Under the pieces are notes generated by a model, which saw only the letters and a program-made list of their open reading frames with translations, was not told the origin of the DNA and did no database searches. The position numbers and the translations under genes are program-made. Positions 39,795 through 49,530 of a stretch of 64,000 bases of DNA are shown piece by piece; within the stretch, counting starts at the first letter, position 1; every line of letters begins with the position of its first letter. Origin of the DNA: Spirochaetia bacterium (GTDB lineage Bacteria > Spirochaetota > Spirochaetia > SP-2023); the NCBI GenBank assembly GCA_965225855.1, contig CBDDCK010000005.1, positions 1,664,001 to 1,728,000 of the forward strand, given 5' to 3'.

Positions 39795-41305
39795 AATTGA
39801 CTCCTACTTTGGCTAATTGGTTTTTTATTTCTGTTTGTAAGCGATTGCTTTCATTAAATTGTTGCGCCAAGTTCTGGCTCAGGGTTGTCATTTTCTTCTC
39901 AAAAGGTATGCCATCGTCTTCGGTTGCTTTGACCCCAACATAGCGACCGGGGGTTAAAATATAATCTTTTGCTTTGACTTCGTCTAAGGTAGCGGATTTG
40001 CAAAATCCTGCGGTGTCTTGGTAGTCGTCTAAACCATTTACCCAGTTTTGATAGGTTTTGCCCAAATGTTTAATTTCTGTATCAGTGAAATTTTTCATCA
40101 CGCGGGTTTGCATAAAGCCCATTTCTCTGGCATCTAAGAATAAAATTTCACCTTGGCGTTGTTTATTTTTGGCTAAAAACCAAATGCACACCGGGATTTG
40201 CGTATTGGTAAAAAGTTGTCCGGGTAAGGAGAGCATACACTCTACCAGATCATTTTCAATCATACTTTTACGAATGGCATCTTCGCCCCCTGCCGTGGTA
40301 GACATAGAGCCATTCGCCAGCACAATACCCGCACGACCACTTGCGGAAAGATGGTATAGAATATGTTGCAACCAGGCATAGTTGGCGTTGCCCACAGGCG
40401 GGGTGCCGTGCCTCCAGCGGGAATCATTGGGCAGTTTATCACCGCCCCAATCGGAAATATTAAATGGTGGATTGGCCATAATGTAATCGGCGCGTAAATC
40501 GGGGTGGCAGTCGTTGTGAAAGGTATCGCCTGCCATATTGCCCAAACGATAATCTAGCCCACGAATGGCTAAATTCATATTGGCCAATTTCCAAGTGGTA
40601 GGGTTGGATTCCTGACCATAAATAGAAATATTGCTATGGTCGTTATCGTGATCAGCATCTACAAATTTCATCGTTTGCACAAACATACCGCCCGAACCAC
40701 AGCAAGGGTCATAAATCTTGCCTTTTTGGGGTGCTAGAATTTCTACCAAAATTTTAACTACCGATTGGGCGGTATAATACTGCCCGCCACGTTTACCTTC
40801 ATTTAAAGCAAATTGTCCCAAAAAATATTCATAAATTTCACCTAATAAATCTTTTTTGTCGTTTGCATCGTTACTATGGGTTTCAATTTCGCCCAGCTTA
40901 TTAAACAGCTCGGCCAGGTTTTCATTGGATAAAGGAACATGGGCATAATTTTTATTCAAGATACCCTTTAGTTTTTTATTATCATTTTCAATCGCATGCA
41001 AAGCATCGTCAATGCATTTGCCAACGGGCATTTTGAGGCACCCAGTATACGTTGTCTTTGGCGTAATAATCGCGGTCTTCCAGCTCTTCGATAATTTCAT
41101 CTTCATCAGACGAGTCCAAATAATATTCATGGTTTGGGTCGGTAAATTGTTTTTGTAATTTGGCCCTTTGATGTTCAAAAGCGTCAGATAGGTATTTTAG
41201 GAATAACAAACCTAAAACCACATGTTTATATTCGGCCGCATCCATGGCGTTACGCAATTTGTCCGCCGTTTGCCATAATATTGATTGAAAATCTTTATCA
41301 GCCAT
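39784..41305 (-). pseudogene. hsdM: Type I R-M methyltransferase, frameshifted near 41020
   Basis: [22 protein letters not shown] in one frame; GQYYT, YDPCCGSGGM, ANPPF in another. Confidence 0.92.
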
Positions 41306-41429
41306 TTAAATGAACCTTTTGCTTTTAATTGTCTTTTTTCTAATGATAAAATGCTTTGATTTTTTGACAAACTGTATCAATTTCAGAATTTATCAATTGA
41401 CTAGATGACGGCAACTATAATCCATTTTT

Positions 41430-41535
41430 TGAAAGAGGACATGATAACTGAACGGGATAAGACGCGATAACTCGGGATTTTTTGGAACAAATGGGAAGGT
41501 AAAAATTGGCTTACTTTCCAAAATAAAAAGGTAAA
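41430..41535 (+). mobile_element. Solo transposon-like end (same type as 61500-61605)
   Basis: TGAAAGAGGACATGATAACTGAACGGGATAAGACGCGATAACTCGGG...; about 105 bp of reverse-complement match to 61500-61605. Confidence 0.85.
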
Positions 41536-41593
41536 AGAAATTTTAGCTAAGGCTAAAGCAGAACAATACCGATAAATAAATACCCCAGCCCCC

Positions 41594-41812
41594 TCTATCA
41601 ATAGAATTACCTCCCACCTATTTAATAGAATTGACCTAAATCTATCAATAGATTTACCTCGCACCTATTTAATAGAATCGACCCAAATCTATCAATAGAA
41701 TTACCTCCCACCTATTTAATAGAATCGACCTAAATCTATCAATAGAATTACCTCCCACCTATTGATAGAATTGACCCAAATCTATCAATAGATTTACCTC
41801 CCACCTATTAAT
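41594..41812. repeat. 47-bp tandem array of paired palindromic boxes, about 4.7 units
   Basis: Units at 41594, 41641, 41688, 41735, 41781; TCTATCAATAGAATTACCTCCCACCTATTTAATAGAATCGACCTAAA; shorter versions at 34021-34145 and 36904-37028. Confidence 0.93.
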
Positions 41813-41815
41813 ACC

Positions 41816-42035
41816 CTAGTCTTTAATGAAATTTTCTACATCGGCACATAATCCAGGACCTATACAACAATCATCGGCAATCGTTGGCCAAATTCTGAAC
41901 GCCCCTGAAAGAATAATATCCCGTTTTCATTTTCATTAAATGTTTCACCTTTTGGAGATTGCCCCATAGTGTAATCAAGGTGTAATCAAGTATTTTATTC
42001 AATTCTACACTTTCCCACCCCCAAAGGCCAAACAA
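41816..42035 (-). pseudogene. hsdS: Degenerate alternative hsdS half (not in the ORF track)
   Basis: Manual translation: GWESVELNKILDYT/MGQSPKGETFNENENGILFFQGRSEFGQRLP ... ADVENFIKD*; 11-bp duplication and internal deletion. Confidence 0.8.
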
Positions 42036-42266
42036 AGGCCCAACCAACACTCTTAAGCCTTTTGATTGGCATGGATTTTTAACTACCTTACAACACTAAT
42101 GACCTAACAAAAACACAAAAAAAGTACCCAAACATAAAAAAAGCACAAAAAAACTTACAAAAAGCTTATATAGGCCTTGACGCAACACCCCCCCTAGCAA
42201 AATGGGGATTTACAGACTAGCCCGTATGGGTTGGTCAATCTTTATCCCTTGTTGGAGGTATTGCTT
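42034..42266 (+). promoter_or_regulatory. Conserved lipoprotein leader (copy 3)
   Basis: Same layout as copy 2; C7 at 42188-42194. Confidence 0.6.
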
Positions 42267-44138
42267 ATGTATAAGCTCAAACTATTTTTATTGCCATTAG
42301 CCTGGCTACTGGTCTTTATGGCCTTGGCCTGCGCCCCACCCGATGACGATGATCGATCTTCTGTGCCATCTAAGCCGTCTAGGCCGACTATCAATAACGC
42401 CATCTACGATGTTGGCAAGGCTCTGTTAACCGTACAAGGTACTGACTTAAGTCCTACAGAAGCCCAAATCCAAACTATCACGGTAGCTGGTGTAGCCTTC
42501 AGTTCCTATACTGCAGATGACCCAGCCACTGGGCCAGATAGTAATGGTCTTGCAGAAGGTAAGTACCGTATTGCAAACGATGGCACAGCGCTTTGGCTGA
42601 AACTTACCGATGACGATAAAGCTACTCTGAATGGCAAGGTGGGTAGCAATGGTCTAAAAAAAGGCTTGCTTACTAGCTCTGGTGCTTGGGCAGGTTTAAA
42701 TACACCTAAAGACTTGGACGTTAGTAATGTACCCGAAAATAAGCAGTCTAAAGTATCCGATGAGAATCAGCCATCTAAGCAAACTGAACAAGCTGAACAA
42801 GTCAAACAAGCTGAAGAGGAGTCGCGTAAACTACCCGAAGCCGAACAAACCGAAGAGGAGTCGCCTAAGCAACCTGAAGAAGCTGAAGAAGACGAACAAG
42901 TCGAACAAGCTGAAGAGGAGTCGCGTAAACTACCCGAAGCCGAACAAACCGAAGAGGAGTCGCCTAAGCAACCTGAAGAAGCTGAAGAAGACGAACAAGT
43001 CGAACAAGCTGAAGATCAGTCGCCTGAAGCCACAATTACCCGTGCAACCTACCATGTTGGTACGGCGCTGTTAACCTTGCAAGGTACTCACTTAAGTGCT
43101 ACAACTGCGACCCAAGCGCAAATCCAAACCATCGTGGTAGATGGCGTAGCCTTAAATTCTTATACTGCAGATGGCACAGCCACTGGGCCAGATAGTCGCA
43201 GTCTTGCAAAAGGTAAGTACCGTATGAAAAGAGATGGCACAGCGCTTTGGCTTTACCTTACCGATCAACATAAAGCTACTCTGAATGGCAAGACAGGTAT
43301 GGATAGCAATGGTCTAAAAGATGGGTTGCTTACTAGCACTGGTGCTTGGGCGGGTTTAAATACAGCCAAAGACTTAACCGTTAGTGGAAACCCACCCGCA
43401 ATTACCCGTGCAACCTACAATGTTGCTACAGGCGTGTTAGTGATTACAGGTACTAATTTACCAGCAGCAGTTGCAGGCTGGGACTTTAGCAAATTGAGGT
43501 TTAGAATAAGTAATAGTTTACGCAGCTACACATTACCCCGGCACTCAACTTTAGGTGCAAACAGAGCCACAGGTTCTGCAGCAAGTGCAACAAGCTTAAC
43601 GATTACTTTAAGCGGTAGAGTAAAAGCGCAAGCGGAAGCCGAGAATATATTGTCTAAGAATGGTCTTACAGGACGTACTGGTGGTGTATACAACCTGGAA
43701 GCAGCAGCAGGATTTGCAGGTGGTAGGGCAGCAGACACAAGCAATAACCCGATTACCGTTAGTGGCTACGCAATCCAGATCGACAGAGTAGAATACTATG
43801 CTGATAAAGGCGAGTTATGGCTTTATGGTACTAATTTACCGACAACAGTTGCAGACTGGGACTTTAGCAAATTGGCGCTTGTATCCGGTGATGGTAGTAA
43901 GGAATACCCATTACCTAAGGACACAACTGCAGGTACTGGGGTATTTGTTGAACTATTTGAATACGTCTTAATTATTACTTTAAGCGGTAGTGTAAAAGCG
44001 GAAGCCAATAAGATACTGGTTAAGAATGGTTATAGTGATGCTAATGGTGCATACAACCTGGAAGCAGCAGCAGGATTTATAATGGGTAATCCAGAAGACC
44101 CAACCACTAGTATTTTGGTTAGTGGGGTTGGTAAGTAG
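42267..44138 (+). CDS. Modular repeat surface lipoprotein, paralog 3 (2 A + 2 B)
   Basis: RBS and ATG at 42267; lipobox MALAC; acidic linker. Confidence 0.85.
   Translation: MYKLKLFLLPLAWLLVFMALACAPPDDDDRSSVPSKPSRPTINNAIYDVGKALLTVQGTDLSPTEAQIQTITVAGVAFSSYTADDPATGPDSNGLAEGKYRIANDGTALWLKLTDDDKATLNGKVGSNGLKKGLLTSSGAWAGLNTPKDLDVSNVPENKQSKVSDENQPSKQTEQAEQVKQAEEESRKLPEAEQTEEESPKQPEEAEEDEQVEQAEEESRKLPEAEQTEEESPKQPEEAEEDEQVEQAEDQSPEATITRATYHVGTALLTLQGTHLSATTATQAQIQTIVVDGVALNSYTADGTATGPDSRSLAKGKYRMKRDGTALWLYLTDQHKATLNGKTGMDSNGLKDGLLTSTGAWAGLNTAKDLTVSGNPPAITRATYNVATGVLVITGTNLPAAVAGWDFSKLRFRISNSLRSYTLPRHSTLGANRATGSAASATSLTITLSGRVKAQAEAENILSKNGLTGRTGGVYNLEAAAGFAGGRAADTSNNPITVSGYAIQIDRVEYYADKGELWLYGTNLPTTVADWDFSKLALVSGDGSKEYPLPKDTTAGTGVFVELFEYVLIITLSGSVKAEANKILVKNGYSDANGAYNLEAAAGFIMGNPEDPTTSILVSGVGK
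42807..43015 (+). repeat. Coding 99-bp tandem duplication in the linker
   Basis: Units start at 42807 and 42906. Confidence 0.9.
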
Positions 44139-44207
44139 GGTTTGGTTTCAGCCTTGGTAAGTTTTTTATCAAGTCTGGAACAACCAAGCTAAAAGGTAAG
44201 TAAATTT

Positions 44208-44234
44208 GCACGCAAGTCGTTTTATTTTGCGTGC
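44208..44234. terminator. Hairpin between convergent paralog 3 and trpF
   Basis: GCACGCAA...TTGCGTGC. Confidence 0.5.
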
Positions 44235-44368
44235 GCCGTTACATCAATTATGGAACCCTTTCTTCAAGTCCCATCTAAAGAAATTTGCAAAAACAAAGAT
44301 GCGATGTGAGCGAGCATAACTAAATAACTAAGCAAATTAAGTCAAGTGAGTTTTATTGCCTAGCTTAT

Positions 44369-45025
44369 TTATTTGAATTGTAAATCGGTTAAAATTTTGC
44401 TAGGGCAAAATTGGTTGCGGATTATCTTCAGGCATTGTTGCATCTTTTGGTAATCTTTTCGGCTGCGCCCGCTTGCATCATCGCTTCCCTCCAAGCCAGA
44501 AGATAAATCAAAGCCAAAGTAATGTTTACCTCGCTCCCTAGCGGCTAGCTGTTGCAGACTTTTGGAGTTTAAGCCACCGGCAATGAATAATTGTTGCTTA
44601 TTTTGGCACCAACTCGGCAAGCCATGCCATTCGCCAGAACCAAAACTTACATCGTAGAGGTAGTAGGCTGCACTTTGGCGGGCACGGTGCAGTAGCCATT
44701 GTTCCTCGCCAAAGAGAGGCATAAAGCGGCGTTCTTGAGGGACAAAATTGGGGTAGCTATCATAACATTGCAGCAATGCCTGCGGATATAGCCGAGCGTA
44801 AGCAGCCAGATGCTGCCACTTGTGTGCTACCAATACGCAGTTTCCAACTTTATTTTGGCCTTTGTTTTCGTGATGTGGCAATGTTTGCCATAGGATTTCC
44901 AGCTCTTGGGCGCAAACATAACGCTTGGATTTTGGCTCTACCACAATGCCCAAGAAATCATAGCCCAGGTTGTGGGCCCAAGAAAGCTCTTCGGCAGTGC
45001 GCAAACCACAGGCTTTTACCAGCAT
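44369..45025 (-). CDS. trpF: Phosphoribosylanthranilate isomerase
   Basis: VKACGL..D.LG......SKRYV; D...GSG; IAGGLN; DLSSGLE; KD..K. Confidence 0.85.
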   Translation of the reverse strand: MLVKACGLRTAEELSWAHNLGYDFLGIVVEPKSKRYVCAQELEILWQTLPHHENKGQNKVGNCVLVAHKWQHLAAYARLYPQALLQCYDSYPNFVPQERRFMPLFGEEQWLLHRARQSAAYYLYDVSFGSGEWHGLPSWCQNKQQLFIAGGLNSKSLQQLAARERGKHYFGFDLSSGLEGSDDASGRSRKDYQKMQQCLKIIRNQFCPSKILTDLQFK

Positions 45026-45251
45026 AGTCTTACTCCTTCAGATTTTTCCCAAGTTGTTGAGAGTTGGAAGTATTTGTCTGTAGAATCATAGGTAATGATT
45101 TGGGCCTTTCTGCAGAAGAAATGTCTAGGTTATCTGAAGGATATTCCGCACAACTTCGGGGCTATCAATAGAGCCAGTGGTTATACCTCGTAGTCTATTG
45201 TATCTTGTTTTGGCACTAAAACTAAATGTTTTTTTATGATATTTTTATAGA

Positions 45252-45578
45252 TTGGATTATTTAATTTTTATTTCAGTTTTTTTATTTACAATTGAGGCCG
45301 CATTTGTGGAGGTCTATAATTTGAAAGGTATTTATGAACTCATTCCTGTGTGGAATTTAATTGGTTTAAATGATGATGGTGTGGACAAATCTCCATACCA
45401 TCGTTTAGAAGGTAACTTACTAGAATTGAAGCCATTTCAGATTGATTTAAACCAAATGTCACAGCTTGATCGTACTAACTTATCCAAAGTTTTGACAAAA
45501 ATAATGGTGAAATTATTTTTATTAGATGAATATTCATTTGAAATAGACTCTGAGATAGATAATACAATTGAGAATTGA
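45252..45578 (+). CDS. Hypothetical protein
   Basis: 108-aa ORF with a hydrophobic N-terminus; start uncertain. Confidence 0.4.
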   Translation: MDYLIFISVFLFTIEAAFVEVYNLKGIYELIPVWNLIGLNDDGVDKSPYHRLEGNLLELKPFQIDLNQMSQLDRTNLSKVLTKIMVKLFLLDEYSFEIDSEIDNTIEN

Positions 45579-45830
45579 TTATAATTCTGCCAGATACTTT
45601 GGCTTGATCTATATATCTGTTTTTTATTAAAAAATCTGATATTCATACTAAATTTATACTTTGTTTTTTTATATAGAATCTTTTATTGTTGTTTTTAGGA
45701 AAATCCCTAGAATATGGGAAAATTACTTTTGTGCTGTTTGGGAGGGAAAGCCAAAATGCCAGAGATTTCTATTATAAAATCATTTATACGAAAAAAACCC
45801 ATTTTCATTTTGTCTGCATTGTCTAAAAAA

Positions 45831-47708
45831 ATGTTCCTAATTTATTTGTTGTTACAGCTATTTTTTATAAGTTGTACTTCTTTGAAATATGTTACTGGTG
45901 TTTATGGACAGAGCGAAAAAGAGCAAATTGATTTTGTTGTTAAAGTTCAAAATAAGAATGGGATAGCTCTTACAGACCTTACGTTAAATGATTTCTATGT
46001 AAAGCATAACAACCAACGACTGGAGCGTAAAAATCAATTACGTTTAAATGAAACGCTGTCTATAGTGAAGTTGTACATGGTTGTGTTAATTGATTTGCGA
46101 AAAAATCCAGAACAGGAAAATAATTTTGAGCGAAATCGTAAAGCTTTTAAAGCTTATTTAACTTTACAACCTCAAAATATCTATATTAAATTGATCAGTT
46201 ATGATACTGAAGCTAGAGTACTCAATGATGAGTTTAGTAATGACAAGATTATGCTGCAAAAATTATTACAAGATTTAGAGATGGTGCAAACTAGCACAAG
46301 CTCTGGTCTACAGCAAGCTTTAGATTTCGCTCAGAGTAATATTGATAATTTACCCAATGGCGCCTATGCTCTAAAGGCAGAAGTATTTGACACAGAAACA
46401 GTACGCAATGCAACAGAGCCTTTGTTATATAATTCTGCGGTATTATTATTGAATCACAATTCCATTGATATGGAAACACTGCAACCTTATTACGAGTTTT
46501 ATAACTTTGTTGTACTAGATACTACAGATAGTCTGGGACAACCAAAAAAGAAAAATTCTTTGGCCCCGATGCACAACAGTAATGGCGATGGAGTTGAAAC
46601 TATTTTAGGTATTTACAAATTACCTTCTGAACCCTCTGAATATTTGAATAAAGATATTAGTCAAAGTAGGGCTGTCAAGTTGGTAAATCAAGCTTGGGAT
46701 TCATTGAATAACATAGTCAATGGTTATTATTGGTTGACCTATCATAAATACACAGATATGAACAAGCTCGAACCCAATTCTATTTCCGTTTCTTTAACGC
46801 AGTATGGTCGTTCCACTGATGTAGGGTGGTTATTAGCTTATGAAAAAGCTAGTTTGGAGCAAAGTATATCTTTGAAAAATGAAGAATCTATTTTAGAAGG
46901 AGCAGATGCTTTGGTTCCAGAACAAAATGAAAATGTTGATTCTGCTATAGATGAAAAAGAAGAAATTGCCATAGAGTCGAGTTATGCCCTCGATTCAAAT
47001 ATCAATCAAAACGAAGGTATAGCTCGAGAAGAACAGGGCTATATGCTTGGAATGGAGAAAGTGGATTCAGAAAATAATATTTCTTTGGAAAATTTAGAAG
47101 ATGTAGCAACAATTGACCATTCATTGGATTTAGCCCCTCCTGCAATAGCAGAACCAGAGATAGATACACTGGCTTTGCTGCCTAGTGAACGCATACAAGA
47201 AGAAAAAATTGCAGCCACTCCTAGTTATCCTGAAGATGTTCGAATTGTTGTTGAATCTCCAATTGTCGATGATTTCGTTATATTGAGTAATTTGGGCAAA
47301 GAATCCTCTGGAACTGATAATGAATTAATCAATCAAAATGATAATGTGCAACAATATACGGCAGAACCAATTCAACTTGTCAGCACTGCTTCGTCTCATG
47401 AAATGGTAGAACCCACTATTGAACTGATTAAAGCTTTGCCAGAAGATATTACCAATGGCCGCTATATACAGGTTGGTGCCTTTACTAAGTTAGAAAATCT
47501 CTACAATGTTATAGAACGGCTCAGTGAAGATTATAGCGTTCAAGCTGTAACCAGTATGGTGAACGGCAAAGAATACAATCGTTGTATTGTTGGTCCATTG
47601 GATAGTAAAATAAAAGCTCGTAAGGTTTTACAGAAATTGAAAGCACGAAGCGGGCTTTATGATGCTTTTATTATCAGAAAGCCAATAGCAGAATGGATTG
47701 GTGAATAA
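45831..47708 (+). CDS. Lipoprotein with a vWA-like N-terminal region, acidic linker and C-terminal SPOR domain
   Basis: Lipobox FISC; YIQVGAFTKLEN...VGP...DAFII. Confidence 0.75.
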   Translation: MFLIYLLLQLFFISCTSLKYVTGVYGQSEKEQIDFVVKVQNKNGIALTDLTLNDFYVKHNNQRLERKNQLRLNETLSIVKLYMVVLIDLRKNPEQENNFERNRKAFKAYLTLQPQNIYIKLISYDTEARVLNDEFSNDKIMLQKLLQDLEMVQTSTSSGLQQALDFAQSNIDNLPNGAYALKAEVFDTETVRNATEPLLYNSAVLLLNHNSIDMETLQPYYEFYNFVVLDTTDSLGQPKKKNSLAPMHNSNGDGVETILGIYKLPSEPSEYLNKDISQSRAVKLVNQAWDSLNNIVNGYYWLTYHKYTDMNKLEPNSISVSLTQYGRSTDVGWLLAYEKASLEQSISLKNEESILEGADALVPEQNENVDSAIDEKEEIAIESSYALDSNINQNEGIAREEQGYMLGMEKVDSENNISLENLEDVATIDHSLDLAPPAIAEPEIDTLALLPSERIQEEKIAATPSYPEDVRIVVESPIVDDFVILSNLGKESSGTDNELINQNDNVQQYTAEPIQLVSTASSHEMVEPTIELIKALPEDITNGRYIQVGAFTKLENLYNVIERLSEDYSVQAVTSMVNGKEYNRCIVGPLDSKIKARKVLQKLKARSGLYDAFIIRKPIAEWIGE

Positions 47709-48224
47709 ACACCAAATTTACATTCCAATTACTGGTATTTTGGTCGAAAGATTATGCATAGGCAAAGGCTCCAGTCATTTTCGTTATTTGGCTGGTATTC
47801 CAACTACTTTACAGATAATCATTTTTAGTTTAAATTTGGTCAATATGTTTTTGTTTAGATTTTCTAATAAAACATATTGTAATTGATTTACTTTCTAGTC
47901 ATTTTATTTATGGTCACTCCAGTTTATTGAGTTATATGGTATGGGTACTAATCATTCTAAGTAGAGCAATATCGATGGTAATTACAGCAAGCCGTTTCAT
48001 TAAGTTGTTTCTAAAATAGATAAATTATTTATAAAATTTAGTTTAATTTTTTATGGTTTCTGGCATAATATTGAGGTTTCTAAATATAAAATTAAATAGG
48101 TAGTCTTTTTGTTGTAGCGTTATTAAATAGGGAATATGGAACGTCTTGATAATGGATTGAGAATTTCAAAGGGCAATTTGGCTATTACTTCTATTTATGG
48201 AACTCAAAGTAATGGTTTGCTGGT

Positions 48225-48584
48225 TTGCTGTATCATATGAAGAATTGCTCACATCCAAAGGGGTATGTCCGAGCCTATTCTGTAGGCCGAGATTTATTGT
48301 TTAGCGATAGCGTTGATAAATCTTATATTTTGAAATTTTCTGTTGTTCAGTGCACACTTTGTTTTAAAGTTTTTTGGGCAGGGTATTTGCGCAATGATGA
48401 TGTTATGGAATTCGAGTCCCCTCTGAAATCGAATCTACAGAAAGAAAAGCAAAAGCAGATTGTTTCAGAGCTACCTAATGAGACGAAAGCTTCGAAACGG
48501 GAGAAAGAATTGAAAGCTCCTGTGAAAAATCAAGAGAAAATTGAATCGATTAATATTGGTGGACGTAGGTGGGATAGTTTGTAA
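48225..48584 (+). CDS. Hypothetical protein, possible Cys/His metal site
   Basis: CSH ... CTLC; start uncertain. Confidence 0.45.
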   Translation: MLYHMKNCSHPKGYVRAYSVGRDLLFSDSVDKSYILKFSVVQCTLCFKVFWAGYLRNDDVMEFESPLKSNLQKEKQKQIVSELPNETKASKREKELKAPVKNQEKIESINIGGRRWDSL

Positions 48585-48585
48585 C

Positions 48586-49182
48586 TTACAGATTGAGGAA
48601 CAAATCTCCTTGGCGTAGTATTTTAGGCGATTGATAGCGGGCATCAACAATTGTCGATGCTTTGGTTGTTGGGCTTGCTTGTTCCGAAGTAAAATAGGGG
48701 ATAATTAGTCCAGCAGATATTTCTGTAGCAAATTCTTGTAACAATGCTTTCTGTGTCTTTGGTACGGCTTGGCCACTGCGGTTCGCACTGCTAGAGTACA
48801 AAGGGCTGCGAGTTACTCGGCATAATGTTTGTAATAATTGGTGCTGTGGAATGCGCACTGCTTGTGAGCCATCGACTAAATTATTATGGTTAGTTTTTGT
48901 TTTAACAGATAAAACGCAGGTTAATGGACCTGGCCAAAACTTTTGTAATTTAATAGAAGGTAGTTCTAGAGGGCTTTCTTTAAGCTGTTTTATATCCGCA
49001 AATAATTGTAAAAATGGTTTATTTTCTGGTCGTCCCTTTATTACTTCCAATGTTTTATAAGTATCGGGTGCCTTAGATACTAAACCGTAGATAGTATCGC
49101 ATAGCATTAATAGTACTTTACCCATTTCTAATGCTTGGGATAGATACTCTATTAAATCGTTGTCTTTGTTGCAGGTGTTCAT
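48586..49182 (-). CDS. tsaC: L-threonylcarbamoyladenylate synthase (Sua5/TsaC)
   Basis: DTIYGL, KGRP..KP, WPGPLT, SSSANRSG, STIVD. Confidence 0.9.
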   Translation of the reverse strand: MNTCNKDNDLIEYLSQALEMGKVLLMLCDTIYGLVSKAPDTYKTLEVIKGRPENKPFLQLFADIKQLKESPLELPSIKLQKFWPGPLTCVLSVKTKTNHNNLVDGSQAVRIPQHQLLQTLCRVTRSPLYSSSANRSGQAVPKTQKALLQEFATEISAGLIIPYFTSEQASPTTKASTIVDARYQSPKILRQGDLFLNL

Positions 49183-49199
49183 TCGATATGTATTAGCAA

Positions 49200-49240
49200 A
49201 GTCGATAACTATGGATTAGGTCGGTCCATAGTTATCGACT
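49200..49240. promoter_or_regulatory. Perfect 16-bp inverted repeat just upstream of tsaC
   Basis: AGTCGATAACTATGGA-N9-TCCATAGTTATCGACT. Confidence 0.6.
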
Positions 49241-49530
49241 AGGTTGTTTCTCAATATTGGATGCAGGGCAACCCAGTATTCAATATGCCCCTACCTGGTC
49301 ATTGACTAGCTGAATATGGTTGCCATCTTGGGTTAGTAGAAATATTCCATTAGTTGATTTTTAACTGGGTCAATATAAAGTAAATTAGAGTTTAAGCCAA
49401 GTGCTTACCCTAAATTTATAATACAAAAAGGCAAAGCAAAGATTTTTAACAGTTTGCGACTAAAGCTAGTCATAGGTTGTGAATAGCGCTGTGATAAATT
49501 ATAAGTATTGTAAGTAGTAATAGTAAAAAC

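Noticed and set aside
41594..41812. 47-bp array as a CRISPR array or replication iterons
   Set aside because: No unique spacers and no rep gene or other origin features nearby.
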